From NCBI GenBank assembly GCA_013239625.1, contig MU054117.1, forward strand, positions 3,710,677 to 3,774,676: a stretch of DNA of 64,000 nucleotides, read 5' to 3'. The notes under the pieces are model-generated. The model worked only from the letters and a program-made list of their open reading frames with translations, was not told where the DNA came from and made no database searches. Each line of letters starts with the position of its first letter. The first letter of the stretch is position 1. This stretch comes from Lama guanicoe. Lineage: Eukaryota. Positions 49,867 to 63,600 of this stretch are shown piece by piece. The position numbers and the translations under genes were made by a program.

Positions 49867-52800
49867 TGTTTCCTAGGGCGACTGCCCTGGGGGAGCGCCG
49901 TGGAGGGGACCTTGCCCGCAGAGTGCCGGGTACTGTGACTTACAGCCGCAGGCAGCTGTCCGGAGGAGCCAGAGCTCTGGTTCACACCTTGCCCCTCCCC
50001 TTCCCCAGGAGAATACTTCCCAGGGTTTCACTCTGGGAATGGGACACCTTGGGGTTGTCAGGGGAACCCTCTCTTCATCCTTCATCCTTCCCCATTAAAA
50101 AATCTGGGAGGTGCAAAAAACTGGGGAGAAAAAGCCTGGATGTGGTGCTAACTTTCCCATGAGCCGTGGTTATCTGGGAGCAGGGCAGCTGGACCCCGTC
50201 TGTGTTCCGCTTGGCCTCACCCAGTGTGATTCCTCGGTGACCACCTATGAACCACACCTGACTTTCCAGCTCCCCTCTGAGCTCCTGCACTGGGTCCTCG
50301 AGGGGGAATGGGGGCAGGTGGGGCAGGTGGGGGCAGACGGCCCGAGGACAGGATGCTGACGCCGTTGCTTATGGTGCTACAACCTGAGCAAGGAGTAGAA
50401 GACGGCGCAGAGGCAGGACACGGGCGAGGGGCCCGGCGCCCCCTTTGGTCTTTAATGTACAATCTGCAAGATCCTTGGGTCATCAAAGCAGCCCAAATGC
50501 AAATGCTACCATTTTTCCGCTCCCGGCAGTCAAGAAGATGGTGAGCTCCAGCGCACACGCGGGGCTGTTTTCCAGTTTGGAGGAAAAATTCAAGGCAACA
50601 ACAAATACCGTTTCAACCAAAGGCTTAATTTAGCCAAAACCGCCCAAAAGGACACATCGCGCAGGAAGTGCATGTCTCACCGAAGAACACTGGGCTTTCC
50701 AGGACTTCGGCCCACGTCAATAGTTGGAACAAAAGATGATCAGAGAACACGGTAAACAAAAGGGTCCAGAGATGGGGAGGGCAGGGTGTGACTTGGTCCA
50801 GGTTTAGGTCAACCTCTCGTGACTGGCAGCCCGGGCATTCCACACGCCGAGACAATCCAGTTTCCTCCCGGTCTGAGATGCCCGGTCCCAGCTCCCTCTC
50901 CGAGCACACTCCGGACTGTTCATTGCCACGTGGTTCCTTCAGAACTCCGTGAAGCTGTTTGTGAAGATGCAACTCAACGTGGACTTTTCCTCTAAGTCCG
51001 GAGAAGTGCCCTCCTCCTGACCCCTCTGCCAGGGCCCTGGAAGGGCTGTTTCACAAGCCAGAGAGACGGTCACGCCAGGGCCCTGGGCCCGGCCCTCTGG
51101 CCTCGTTGCCGTCTGTGCTTATGCGCTGCGAGGCGTGTGCGAGGAGGAGGGCGCGGCCGAGTGGAGAACCCGCCGGATTTGCCATCAGAAGGCGGAACTG
51201 CATGCCTAGATTTCTGGGGAACTGGCCGCGGAATGCTTACCATCCCTGCGAACAGTTTCTATAAAAAAGTAGGTGCCTCTTACATCCAGGGCTTTTTGGT
51301 AAACTTGATGAGTTTGTGTTAATGAAAGAACCAGACATATTCTAAAGGACTGCCACTGTGACTAAGATGTCACAGCTGCACTCAGGGGGACCCGGGGGCC
51401 CGGGGGACCCGGGGCAGCACGTTGCGACCCAACCGCACCTCATCACTTCCCATGCGGGGTCATCGGCCACGTGGCCCGGGCCCTGGGGAGGGGTGCTGCC
51501 TGGCCGCGCCCTGTCACTGCGGCCGTCCCCACGTGCAGTCCGCTCAGCCTCTGTCCTCACTATAAACCACCAGCAGAGGGGCCTTCCCCGCCGGCTTCCA
51601 CCTCCTTTCATTTCCCTTCTTCTGCCCTCATAACAGCAGCTGACACGGCTTCCCAGAAAGTGCTTATAAAGACGCGGTGCTCCCGTCTGTGTTCCGAGCA
51701 ATAGGCGCGTCCTCTGGGGGCCCCCCGGGAAACACTAGGCCCACCTTGCTCAGTGTTGCGGTAAGTCCGCTCTGTAAGAGCCAGTGAGTTCAGACTCTAC
51801 AGGCTAAGCTGGGCGGTACCCAGGTTAAGCCCACTGTCTCCAAGAACCTTTGTGGATTCCCCCAGTCATGTCCCTCTGAAGTCCCCGTGCATCCACCCCA
51901 GCCCTGTATGACTCATCTGCTTTGTACCAGGGAGGGGTGCATACACGGGGCGGGGGCTCCTGGGCGGGAGCAGGGAGAGGCTTGGTTCTTAACTCTTATT
52001 TATAGTCCCTGTCCCCTCCACCCCGTGTATACGCTGAGCTTTGTGCTTTGTGTTCCATGAGCAAAAAGAAAGAGCAAAAAATCAAGGAGTTACAGTGAAG
52101 ACATGAGCAACCCGCTGTAGGGCATTCACTGCTTTCCAAAGGGGCCCGAGATACAGAAAGGGGAAACCCAGACTCCAAGTCACCTCTAACAGAAACCTCT
52201 GGGTCCCTTCCAGCCCCAGGATGCAGGAGTGTGTGGGCAGGTTACAAAGTCGGGGCTCCACCTAGATCAGTCTTTGTCCCATCTGAAGGGCTGCTGGAGG
52301 GAAGAAGGCACCAGCCTCACTGTGCCTGACCTTCATTTTTCAGAATGATGAAGAAAGTAGAAAGAAAATTCCACAGCGGCACAAAGCAGGGCCCGCGTCC
52401 GCATGATGCCCCAGCTCCTGCGGGTCCAGGTGGTCCCTCCTTCTCATGGAGATGCAAGGGAAACGGGAGCATCCCAGCGAACGCTGGCTTAGCGTCCCCG
52501 AGGTGCCCTGTGACAGATCCGCGCTCCCCGGCGGCTGCGGGGTGAGCTGCCCTCCTGACGCGCTCCCCTGGGCAAACAGAGCCAGCTGCTGTGGCAACAG
52601 CACCCCTGGGTGTGGCCAACCCCTGCAGAGCCCTGGAGCTCACAGGCGCCTGGGCAAGTGGGTGCCTGATCCAAGCCCCCAGGAAGGAGCCCAGGGTAAC
52701 AGTGGGGCACGTCCTTTACCCAGACCTCAGGGAGCAGCCCAGGCCTGGGGCGTGGCCTCTCCCAAGGGCAGTAAAGGCAGACGAGGCAGATCAACATGGA

Positions 52801-54929
52801 CTGATGTCCATGCACCTTGAGGTCCTAATGGTGAGTGAATAAGGATGCACGCACGGGGCATCTCCTGTGCCACCTTACGCGGGCACGAGCATTTCATGAG
52901 AAGTGGAATCCATGTGTGGAAGGGATGTGTGCCGACCTCTGGAGGACGACGTCCTCTCGGAGGGGAGGGTGGAAAGCAAGATGGGCTAGTCAGGAGGCGT
53001 TAGTGCTGTCTGCGCTCTTATTTCTGAGCAAAATATCCGGAACAACTGAGTCAAGGTGCACAAAATCTGCTAAATCTTCGCTGTGGGTCCATGGATTATT
53101 TCCTGAATATTTGAAAATTTTATAACAGACCAAAACTTGAAAGAAAGAAAAGAAAAGGACTGGGGTAAAAGGGCCAAGACAAAGAAAATTCCAGCCGTGA
53201 AGGGCTGTTCTGTACCCACCATCACCCTCCATGAGTCTCTGTTCTGACTTCACATCAGAACCTACAAAGCCAGCTCCGACTTCAATAGAGTGAGAGCCGC
53301 AGGAGGGGAAGCCGAGGCAGGTCGGTCTTGAGAGCACGTGTGATGCTGACCCCATCAGGGCCGGTGAGACGCCGTGGGAACAGCTGCTCCTGGTCCGCCC
53401 ACCCAGACCGCCTCCCCGCCGGGTCTCTCAGCAGGGTCCCGACGCGATGCCCTTTTACAGGCGGATGTCTGCCCTTCTTTCTTATTCTGCTTTGTTGGAT
53501 TAGGCTTCTGCCGGGAGAAGATGCTTCCTGTGTCTGGGGAGACCCTGGCGGTGCTGTGTTCTGGCCGCGGGCAGTCAGAACAGCTGAGGTCCTAGAGCTG
53601 AACGAAAGCCCAAAGCCACCTCACCAGTTCTCTGCCTGGTCCGCATCACCTGGCACCTCCCTGTGTGGTGCATTGAAAACGGTGCTCAGTAGCCCTTTGG
53701 GGTGTCTCTGGGGAGCTGTTGGGATCCTCTAGCCCTCGCAGAAGCTCTAACCTTACTTTATCTCATTTCAGACCTTGGAGCTTCTCTGCTGAACCCACTT
53801 CCTCTCTTGGGGTCTAGGAGAAGGTGGGGGAGAGTCCCTGCGTGAGTCTGCCCTAGTGGGCACAGGACTCCTGCGCTGAGGGGATGAGCTTTGACTCTCG
53901 GTCCTGGCTGCAGGGCTGGCCGCGTCCCGTGACCTTGGATGGTCCTCTCTGGGCTGGGAAAAGCACTTCCCCTGAGCCTCCCTACACAGAGAGATGCGGT
54001 GATGGATGGGACCCGGAGGGGGTCTGAATGCCAGCCCTTAGTGCCCCTCTTTCTCGTGGTCTCAGGATCAATATGGCTTTCAGCTTCTCATCTTCTTCCT
54101 GGAGGGCATGATGCAACCCTGTGCCCCTCACTCACACCCAGTAAATATTTGTCAACGAGAGGAATGGATGCCTGAATGAAGTGTTCTGAGCAGAGCATGC
54201 GTGACCTGAGAGCTGGGGCTGTTATAATTAGAAGACCACGGCTGGAGCTGGGAACCCAACCAAGGTGCTGGTTCCCGGTGCCCCTGCGATCAGACGTGCT
54301 GTCCGGGCTCCCAGACGGCTGGGCCCGAGCCAGGTCTCGGAACACTGGCTTCCAGCAAGTCCCCGAGGGGAAATCCATCCATCACGGAAGGTAATGGTGC
54401 ATGTAAGCTCCCCCTCTCACAGTCGCCCACAGACGGGTGCTTGTTGGGAAAGAATCTGACTTTCCCAAGAGAAGAAAGACCAATTTTAGAACAGCTTTCT
54501 TTTCTTTTTTTTCCCAAGCAAGCTGGTACCGGTACAGGACATTCAGCTTGGGTCTCAGGCTAGGTGTTCCCAAGCCTTCTGGGCTCCGACCACTTTCTCT
54601 CCCCTCGGCCATTCCTGCCCCTCCCCAGGTGTGAGTATTCTATCTCACCGTCTGCGCCTTCTTCCAGCATCATCCCCTGATCCAGCATCCTTAGTGCCCA
54701 CGGGACCACGTCACAGGAGCCCTCGGCTCCCGGGGCTGATGTGATGGGCTCTCTGCTGGCCTCACTGACTTTCTCAGCATCCCTGTAGGTAACCAAGGGT
54801 ACCTGGACAGCTTCTGTGCAGGAAAGGAGACTAAGCAAAATTGCAGTGGCTCCACCGTCTCTTCCAGATCTGCCTCTGATTGGTGTGGGTAACAGATAAC
54901 AGAATAATAGAAACAGAACTTTTCAAGGC

Positions 54930-55285
54930 TTGTCGCTGAATGTGGTCAGTGGACCGGCAGCAGTCAGCATCACTTGGGAGCTTGTTAAACATGTTAGAGC
55001 CTCAGGCACCATTTCAGACCCACTGGATCAGAATCAAAAGTGTAACAAGACACTCAGATGACTTTACACACCTGAAAGTTTGAGAAGTACTGCTTTAGCC
55101 CAGTGGTTCTCAAAGTATGGTCCCTAGACGGCTGGATCAACATCACCTGGGAACTTATTGGAAATACAAATTCTCAGGCTCTGCCCCAGATCTGCTGAAT
55201 CAGAAACTCCAGAGGCGAAGTGCAGCCCTTGGGGTGCCCGTAGTCTTCCAGATGATTCAAACGCACCCTAGAGTTCGAGAACCCC
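54930..55285 (+). mobile_element. Two adjacent MER5A-like elements
   Basis: CAGCATCACTTGGGAGCTTGTT...AAGTTTGAGAAGTACTG, then CAGTGGTTCTCAAAGTATGGTCCC...GAGTTCGAGAACCCCTG. Confidence 0.65.
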
Positions 55286-55321
55286 TGATGGAGAGGAGGT
55301 AGCAGCTTTAAGATCATTTAA

Positions 55322-55749
55322 TGATTCCACATATGAGTGATATCATATGGTATTTTTCTTTCTCCTTCTGGCTTACTTTGCTTAGAATGACGATCTCTAG
55401 GTCCATCCTGTTGCTGCAAATGGCATTATTTTATTATTTTTTATGTCTGCGTAGTATTCCATCATGTATGTATACATCACATCTTCTTTATCCAGTCATT
55501 GGTGGACATTTAGTTTACTTCCATGTCTCAGCTATTGTAAATACTACTATATATAAAATAAAGAACCAGTTTATACTATACAGCACAGGGAACTATATTC
55601 AATATTTTGTAGTAACCTATAGCAAAAAAGAATAGGAAAACGAATATATGTATGCACATGTATGACTGAAACATTATTCTGTACACCAAATGGACACAAC
55701 ATTGTAAACTACCTGTACTTCAGTAAAAAAGAATGCAAATAAAGAAACC
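55322..55749. mobile_element. 5'-inverted (twin-primed) L1 insertion with TSDs
   Basis: Minus-strand ORF2-end segment (55322 to about 55543) joined to a plus-strand L1 3' UTR with A-rich tail; TSD AAGATCATTTAA (55310-55321) and AAGATGATTTAA (55750-55761). Confidence 0.8.
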
Positions 55750-56989
55750 AAGATGATTTAACGAGGAAGGAGGATGGCCCTGTGTCACTGCAGCCAGGGC
55801 AGCCGGAATAACACTCGTGGACCACTTTGGGTCCCAGCAAATATAAATCCTCAGGGTCCCTCTCTTCCCTTCTTTTAGCAGAGAATCAGCCCTTGTGATG
55901 TGGAAGACACACATCTAGACAGCCCAGGAGCTGAAAAGATGGGGAGGGAGAGTCAGGCAAATCAGTGATGAGTGGATCTGTGGAACTACAGCTTCCATCC
56001 CTTAAAAAGAGGGTTCGACCCAAACCTTCCACTGCAAGGGCTCTTTAGTGCTGTGGCCATGTGGGTCTGGAGCTATGGAAACAGATACTGCGGTTCCTTA
56101 ACTGTTTCTATGGCAACAGAAATGGGTACCACGAGCCCCTTATTAGTTGCTGCCCCGCCAACCTCACCGCCACCCTACCTTCAATTAAAAAAAAAAACAA
56201 ACTCAAGAGCCAGCCTGTGGTTTTAGAAACGTGAGCTCTCCTGTCCCACCAGAGTCTCTCAGTCATGAGCTGCTCCCTAGGATTCAGCGTTCTCATCCAT
56301 AAGACAAGGGGTGTGGAGCTGGGGGGGCTGTCTGGTCCTTCCTGACGTCCTCCTCCTGGGATGGTTTGGGGACAGCCTTGCTCAGAGAACCAGGTGTGAC
56401 CGGAGTACCCCTTGTGTGTCTTGTTCTTACAGTGTCTGTTTTTGTATCTCTTAAAATGGCCGTGTTGGGTGTGTAACGTGTCTCCGCGAAGCTGGCTCTC
56501 ACCCATCCTACTTCTCAGGGCGGTTTGAGGTGCCTCCTGGGCGGCTGGTCTTCATCAGAACTGCCTGCCTGGGAGTCCTGGGCCGCTAGACCGAAGGGGC
56601 CCTGAGGACCAGCATGGACTTTGCGTCTGTGAGAGGCCCCGCAGTGGGTGTCCCGGGCAAGGACCCATTTCCATATCGATGTTTCCCTCCATCACGTGCA
56701 AAGTACATCCCTGGACACCAGACTCAAGTTCAACGTGACCTTGAGGTCTTTTGCTTTCCCATGGGAGCCTTTTCCCATTCACAGCTCCAAGGAGAGACGG
56801 CCTTGCCTGCCAGCTCCCTGGGCTGATGAGCAGAGGTTTCTGGCCCTTTTGACTGAGGTTATTGCCTTTGCAACTGAGGCAGAGATGTGCGGTTTCTTTA
56901 TTCATGAGGATCGCACTTAGCACAAGGGTCTCAGATGCTGCTCCTTCAGGCCTCATCTGTCCTGGGTCTTCCGGTGAAGCCTCTGGCTA

Positions 56990-57118
56990 TTAGGATTAGG
57001 GTTAAGGGTTAGGGTTAGGGGTTAAGGGTTAGGGTTAGGGTTAGGGGTTAAGGGTTAGGGTTAGGGGTTAAGGGTTAGGGTTAGGGGTAGGGTTAGGGGT
57101 AGGGTTAGGGTTTCAGGG
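56990..57118 (+). repeat. Interstitial telomeric sequence, (TTAGGG)n with variant units
   Basis: About 20 units of TTAGGG, TTAAGGG, TTAGGGG and TAGGG. Confidence 0.95.
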
Positions 57119-60100
57119 TCCAGCCCCCACGTCCCTTTCCCCAGGGCTGCCTCAGGCAGGGAATATTATTATTCTGGCCTTCGATCCACCATTATTTCAT
57201 AAATCTGTGGGTTTCCCTTTCTTTCTCTGAGCCCTACTGCATATATAAATTTTTTTAACTTCATTTTGTTTAGCATTTTGTCTTGAGGAAGATGCTGTGT
57301 GAGCTCAGGCCACTGTATCTCCAAAACTAAATGTCTCAAATGAGCTCAAGTTTCAAGCTTCTTTTCTAGACAAGGAAGGCATTGGTGGGGTTCATAAGAG
57401 AGCGGCTTTTATCATTCTAGACTTTTCCACAGAGTTCTCCTGGTGCTGAACAGGAGCTACAGCTCAGAACACCCATTTTTCTTGGGTCAGAGGAGGCCTA
57501 CGCCACCCGGGAGCTTTGTTTCCAAGCTGCTCCATCATTAGCTCCTGGAATGAAGCCTCCATCACCCCTGCCCAACACTGCTTGGCCCCCACCCCAGGGC
57601 CCAAAGCTGATCTGGCTTCTGATTCATGGGCTCCTGTTGGACTTTCAGGGTGGGCTGAGTCTGCCTGGTGGCAGCAAAGGGAGCGGGGAAGCTGTTAATT
57701 GTCCTTGAGGAAGAAACATCTCTTCTCTTCTTCATCCGTGATGCTGTTCATGCTAGTTTCAGTTTTCTGTCATGTTAGAAGATAGATCCAGAGGTCTTAG
57801 TTATTAGCTAACTGAAGGGGGTGGGCAGAGATGCTAAGGAAAGAAAGGGAGATAACAGCTTGTTGGGGAAATTTTTGTTTGCAAAATAGTTACGAATATG
57901 CACCACGCTTACGCTGAACACGAGAAACCAGGGTCTTACTAGGGTCTAGACTGCAGGTGGAAGGTACGTTTTGGCACAGACAATGGTTACTGCTATCATG
58001 GCATTGAAAGAATAATAACACAAGAAACTAGGGTTTCGAGGGATGAAGGAAAGGAAGAAGGAAGGTCAATGCATCGTAGTCCTCATTTTTCATAAAGAGA
58101 TGGTAATGGGAACCATCTAAATAATAAACTGAAAACTCTAATTATAGAGGTACTTGCAGTCAATGCTTATCTTACAATAACACTTCTAAGCACATTTGAG
58201 AGTATATCTTAAATTTGAAATTATTTTAAGCGCATTATTTCACGTCCCAAAGATAACCGCAAGGGAAAATATTCAAATAGCAAAACTAATAAAAAGTAAG
58301 AGCGGGATGGGAAGTGAGAAGCATCTGGTTTAGAAGTCAATAAATTCCTCATCTGTGACAGTTGGTAGGCAATGTTTTCGGTCAACTTTTGATAAATCAA
58401 GGGAAAGGGGCATAAATCTGTTATTTTGCACTGTTAACAGTCACCACGGGAGACCAAGAGCCAGAAACTGGTGACGGCGGTGTTTTCAGCGGCAGCGCAG
58501 GGGAGAATGTCCTGACTTCGTGTCTTTCTGTAATGCAACTATTTTTTAAGCTCACGGATAGGCAATTATTCCTACAGTAATAAAAACCATTTTTCCCACG
58601 TGTCCGATGGGTCAGTGATAATTGTGTCCTTGTCAGCGAGATCTGGCCAGAGAGATGTTTGGATTTCCAGCACAGCCACATCTCTCTTCTCAAGCAAGCT
58701 AGAGCCGCGAGGGCCATTAGCTTAAGCTCCCTCTGAGGTCACAGCTGGTTGGAGAGGCGACCAGATGAGGCTGCCTGGTCCTGCTGGTGGGAGCGTGGGA
58801 GTGAAGGAAGCAGGTCACATCTTGCTCGTTTCAGGGTCATTAACATTGTTTCCGGGGCGACTGTCTAGGGAGTAAGAATTTTCTGGCTAAAGAACAGGGA
58901 GCAGAGATTAGAAGGGAAGAGCTCTCGTTCCTCTGTTTCCCTTTTTGTCCTGTGGTCCCCACAGTGATTGGCCCTTCTGCCTCCTCGAGGACCCCAGGGT
59001 GGGGTTCCTAATTTGTTTCAGTTAAGGAGCTGCCTAGGGGAATAAAGACAAAAGCCACATTGGCCCAGATGTCATTTTGTGAAAAGGGAGCCGGCCCGAA
59101 AGGTGAGGGTCCTCGCTGGTCGACAGGGAGGGCTGTGGTCGCTGAGAGCCCCAGCTCCCGACTCTGAGGACGGGGCTGTGAACCCCAAAGGAGACCGAAG
59201 GAAAGAGACTTTTGAGGGGTCCCCGAAAGCCATAGTGCCAGCCCCCCCAATTCCTGCTGGATCCTGTCAAGAATTTACTGTGTTCCGCCCGCCACCTGCA
59301 TCTGAAAACTCTTTGTCACCAAGCCCTTGGTCCTTTGGGAAACGCAGATCAGCTGGTTTTCCCAGTAAGCTTTCAAGGTGGTCTTCAAGGTTCTGATTTC
59401 TTCTTGAGTCATGTCCACCAAGGAAGCTGTCCTTTCCCTCCCCCCTGACAAGGGCTTCCTCAAATTCATCATGGGAGAGTGGAAACCCTCCAGACCATGC
59501 GGCCCGGATGCAAGGGCACGTTGCCCTCCGGGAAGCACCCTCCCTTCCCAGCCTGCCTGGCGCCTTGGTCCACCTCCGTGTGCCCTGGTGATGGAAGGCC
59601 AGCCCCCGTGTCGTGTGGGTTCTTCAGTGTCAGGCCCAAGGGAGGTCGCTCGTTTCTCCCCTCTCCTCTGTCTCACACCCCCCAAGCTCACTGCCCTGCT
59701 GGACCCTGAGCGGTGTAGGCCTCAGGGACTTTGCACGTCCCTTCTGCGTGTCTGGGATGCCTCTCCCCACCTCTCAGCCCTCCTTGGTGGCTTCACAGGT
59801 TAATTGGTCTACTTTGTGGGCTGTCAGAGCACTCTGTGTTTCATGGATGTCTGTATTGCCCCGTGTTCCCGACCATCAGGGGCTCCACCGCACAGATGTC
59901 TGTGCACAGCCCCCAGCCCAGCACCATGACCAGCACACAGACCAGAGCCTCCATAGCTGAGTAGGTGTGAATCTGATCTTAGGAATCCAGCAGCCCTGTT
60001 AGAAGTCCTGGCTCTGCTCCTTGCTCCACAACCACTCTGAGCCTTAGCTTTCCCCTCCGTATAATGGGGATAAGCCTCAGCCTCATGGAGTGGCTGTGGT

Positions 60101-60677
60101 GATCAAACAAGAGCTTTCCTGAAAGACGCTTTGTACATACTAAGCACTCAGTCAAATCCAACTCTGATTATTAGATGAAAGGAAAGCAGTGCACACTTTC
60201 ACATTTTTTTCTGCCCCTCTTTTCTCATTTTTTTCCCCTAAAACTAAGCTTCACAGCACAAGAAACAGCAACTTTAGAGCCTGAAGATGGGGCCCTAAAA
60301 TTACAGGAGCAGACCAACCTCCCACGCACTCAAAAATACGCGTTCTAGGTTGGAGATGGTGACAGACTTCTGGGAAGGCCGACTTTTCCAGCTTCTGTTT
60401 CCAGGTGCCCTTGGAGCTTCCAGGCGGCTAAGAGGCTGTCCTTAGGCGAGTGCCCTGCAGATGCAGAACAGCCCTGGAACAGTCATACTTCAGTCTCATT
60501 TGCATCGGTCGTGAAGAGATGTAGTCTGGGGCCCTCTGCCTGGTCCTGTCGCCATAGGCTGGTGTCCCACAGAGCACTAGTGGTCAAGCCTGCAGGGTCT
60601 TCTCTGGACAGGGTTTTAAGTGGGAAGTTTCCAGCAAACGCTGGAGGCAGGTGCTGAACCTCAAATACAGGCCTTGG

Positions 60678-60691
60678 GCGCCACCTGGTGG
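60678..60691 (-). promoter_or_regulatory. CTCF-like motif
   Basis: Reverse complement CCACCAGGTGGCGC matches the core consensus. Confidence 0.55.
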
Positions 60692-63600
60692 GCAAATGCC
60701 CCATGGCAACCATTTCCCCCTTCTTAATCCACGATGAAGCGGAAAGGACAGTTGCTTGTTCAATACAGACGCTGTGGATTTGTCTCATCACTGAAGGTAC
60801 CCGGCCAGGCCAAGGGTCAGACCCTTGAACTGACAACCATGCTGCAGCCGCCCGAGGTCAGGAAATTCAGGCGACGGGCACGGGGGCCTGGGGAGGGTGG
60901 GGGCGTCCCATGTGGATCCTGTGCGTCTCGGGCCCCAGTGAGGGCCGCTGTTGCCTTTTGCCCTTCGTGCCAGCTTTATGGATCATTAACCCACTGCCTT
61001 TACTGCACATTCGCCATTCTAGGGAGATTTATTCCTTCAGGTGTGTTCTTGTTACTTATTAGAACCCTTTCTTTTCAGCCTAAACCAAGTCCCTTTCACA
61101 CTTTCTGTGAGGCCAGGCTACTTAACACATCCATCACCACATAAGGTACATTTGTACCAAACCACCACATTATGCACTTTAAATACACGCAATCGCCATA
61201 TATGCAGGTGGTGATGGACTCCTTCAGAGTCTCCTTGTTTCAGAACCTCTTTCCCGTCTCCTCCATTTCTGAATGGTACCTTTGCCAGGCAGAATATTCT
61301 TGGTTGAATTTTTTCTCCTTTCAGCACTCAGTCTCTGTTGTGCCCCTGCTTTCTGGCCTGCGAAATTTCTGCTGAAAAATCTTCTCGTCTTTCGCGGGTC
61401 CCCTTGGTATCTTTACAGGATCTGCATTCTAACCGTTTCTGCCTGTTTGGCTCAGAGCTCACTGTGCGCTGGGGCTCTGCTTGCTGCTCCAGGCCTCCTC
61501 TCCCCTCTTCGTGCCCTGGAGACCGCCCCTCGGTCCATCGCCCTCAGGACCTCTGTTGGGTTTGGCCACAAATCCTGCACAAGCAGGTGCTCGGAGGGAG
61601 GAAACAGGACAGGACACCCTCCCATCCCCCACTGCGGTTTCAGGAGTGACGGCCCCCCTTCTGCACCCTGGAGGCACCCCGTCTCTACAGCTCAGGACTG
61701 CAGGCCCCGGGCGTCCCACCGCCCATCCTCCCGACCTGGAGGGTTGGAGGCTTCCTGCCCAGCACTGCCCGCCCCACTCTTCAGGCACCTCTTCTCAGTG
61801 TCTTCGCTGTTCTGACTGATACGCTCTCTTCCACGTGGTCTGTCCTGCATCCTCCTTCCTTTGGGATGAAGGGCATCACCCGGCCAGGGCGCTGCACGCG
61901 TGTGCCCTGCACTCATCCGACCTCGAAGGGTTACTTGTCTGTGCTGTTAGCAGCCCCACGGTCCACTTCCGCGTCCAGCGCTGCTCTGCCCCGGGAAGAG
62001 GTGTCTCTGTCAAGTCCCACTACCTGTGCAGGGAGTGACAGGGATACTCCGTGCCCTTCACCAGCCGTGGGGGGGGGGCGTCGGACCCCCAACAGCTGAG
62101 TCAGTGGCAAAATGTATTCGCCCAGCGCTTTGCACGTAGCAGAGTGGCTGGGCGACTGGCCTGACGCTGCACGCTGCTGAGCTCAGCCATCTCCCTCAGG
62201 GGTCCCTCTGCTCCTGGCTGCCCCCTCGGCGCCCAGGAGCCAGAGGTGGGGTGACGTCTAGAGCCGTGCACCTGTGCGGAGGACCCAGTCTGGGTTTCCT
62301 TCTCATACCACTCTTTCCCTCAGGTGCTGGGGGGTCTGGACCGCCCCTGTGCCGAGCGGTGGACATCAGCCTGGAATCATGGTCTCCCCGCTGGCCGTGG
62401 GCTCCCGTCACCTGTGCTCTGCCCTGTGCGACTCTGCTCGTTCCCCCCGCCCCGTGCTGGACAGGACCGCACTCCAGCGGCCACAGGCCCTGGGGCAGGG
62501 GGTTCGGTGGGGACTGTGATGACACGTCCCACTACTGACGTTAACCCAGATCACTGTCTTACCGTGATGCTTGCCAAATTTCTTCTCTCTCAACTTACTG
62601 TTTTTCCTTTGTAATTGGTCAATTTTACTTTGAGGTCATGCAAATATCATTTTTTTTCTTTTTAAAAACTTGCCCACTTATCTCAGCATGCCTCATAGAT
62701 CACCTTTTATGTTAAGGTGAATTAAATGAATTCCTGAAGGAAAATGCAGACATGCAGAGAGCTGGGTTTCTGGAGCCCCATAGTCCTCTGTCCGTCTGTC
62801 CTTCTCCATCACGCAGGTCGGCATTTTCCCTCTAGGTCTGCTCCGCGCCTCTCCGCACGGCTGTCTCTGCTCTCCAGGCTGCGTGGCGGCTGGCGTGGCT
62901 GCCCTCAGCTCAGCTCATCAATTCAAGAGAGGGTCCGAGGGAGGGGGCCCTCCACATGCCAAGCCCATGCTCCTGGGGAAGGGACTCTGACTGGTCCAGT
63001 CTGGGTCAGGAATCATGCCCTGATCTGTCAGTTTGGACCCAAGATGTGAGACCAAGCGGCTCACGTATGTCTACCTGGAACCCACCCAGTATCGGGATGA
63101 GGTGCAAACCTATGGTGCGATGCGCAGCCCGCCAGCGGGAACCCGGCCCACTCGGCAAGGCTGCCCGCGGTCGGAGCCAGGACACGGGCCTGTGAACCCC
63201 CCGCAGCACGAGCCTCCCTTCAGCCCTCGACCGTGCCCGTCTAAGAGAGCTTGGCCTGTCGTCTTGATCAGTCTCAAGCCAGAGCGGTATCGCACCCCAG
63301 TTCTTGGAAACAAATATGAAATTACACTTGGGAAGGTGGGGGAGTAAACACTTGAAGGTCCCTGATAATCCCCTAACGTTCTCTCCAGTGGATCTGCGGA
63401 GCTGTGACCCATCCAGCTGCGCTTCCCTGATTCTCTAGCGACATGGAACTAAAACCCAAAAGCTAATCTCTTAATGGGATTGACCCCAAAATGCAGCAGA
63501 TTTTCAGAAATGGCTGGGAAACCTTTTCTGAAAGGAGAGACGCCCGGATCGCATTCTTCAAGGGAGGGAAGCGAAGCGTACCTCCCGGTCCCACGGGGCG

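Noticed and set aside
56990..57118. Chromosome end or telomere fusion site
   Set aside because: Short, single orientation, with ordinary sequence on both sides.
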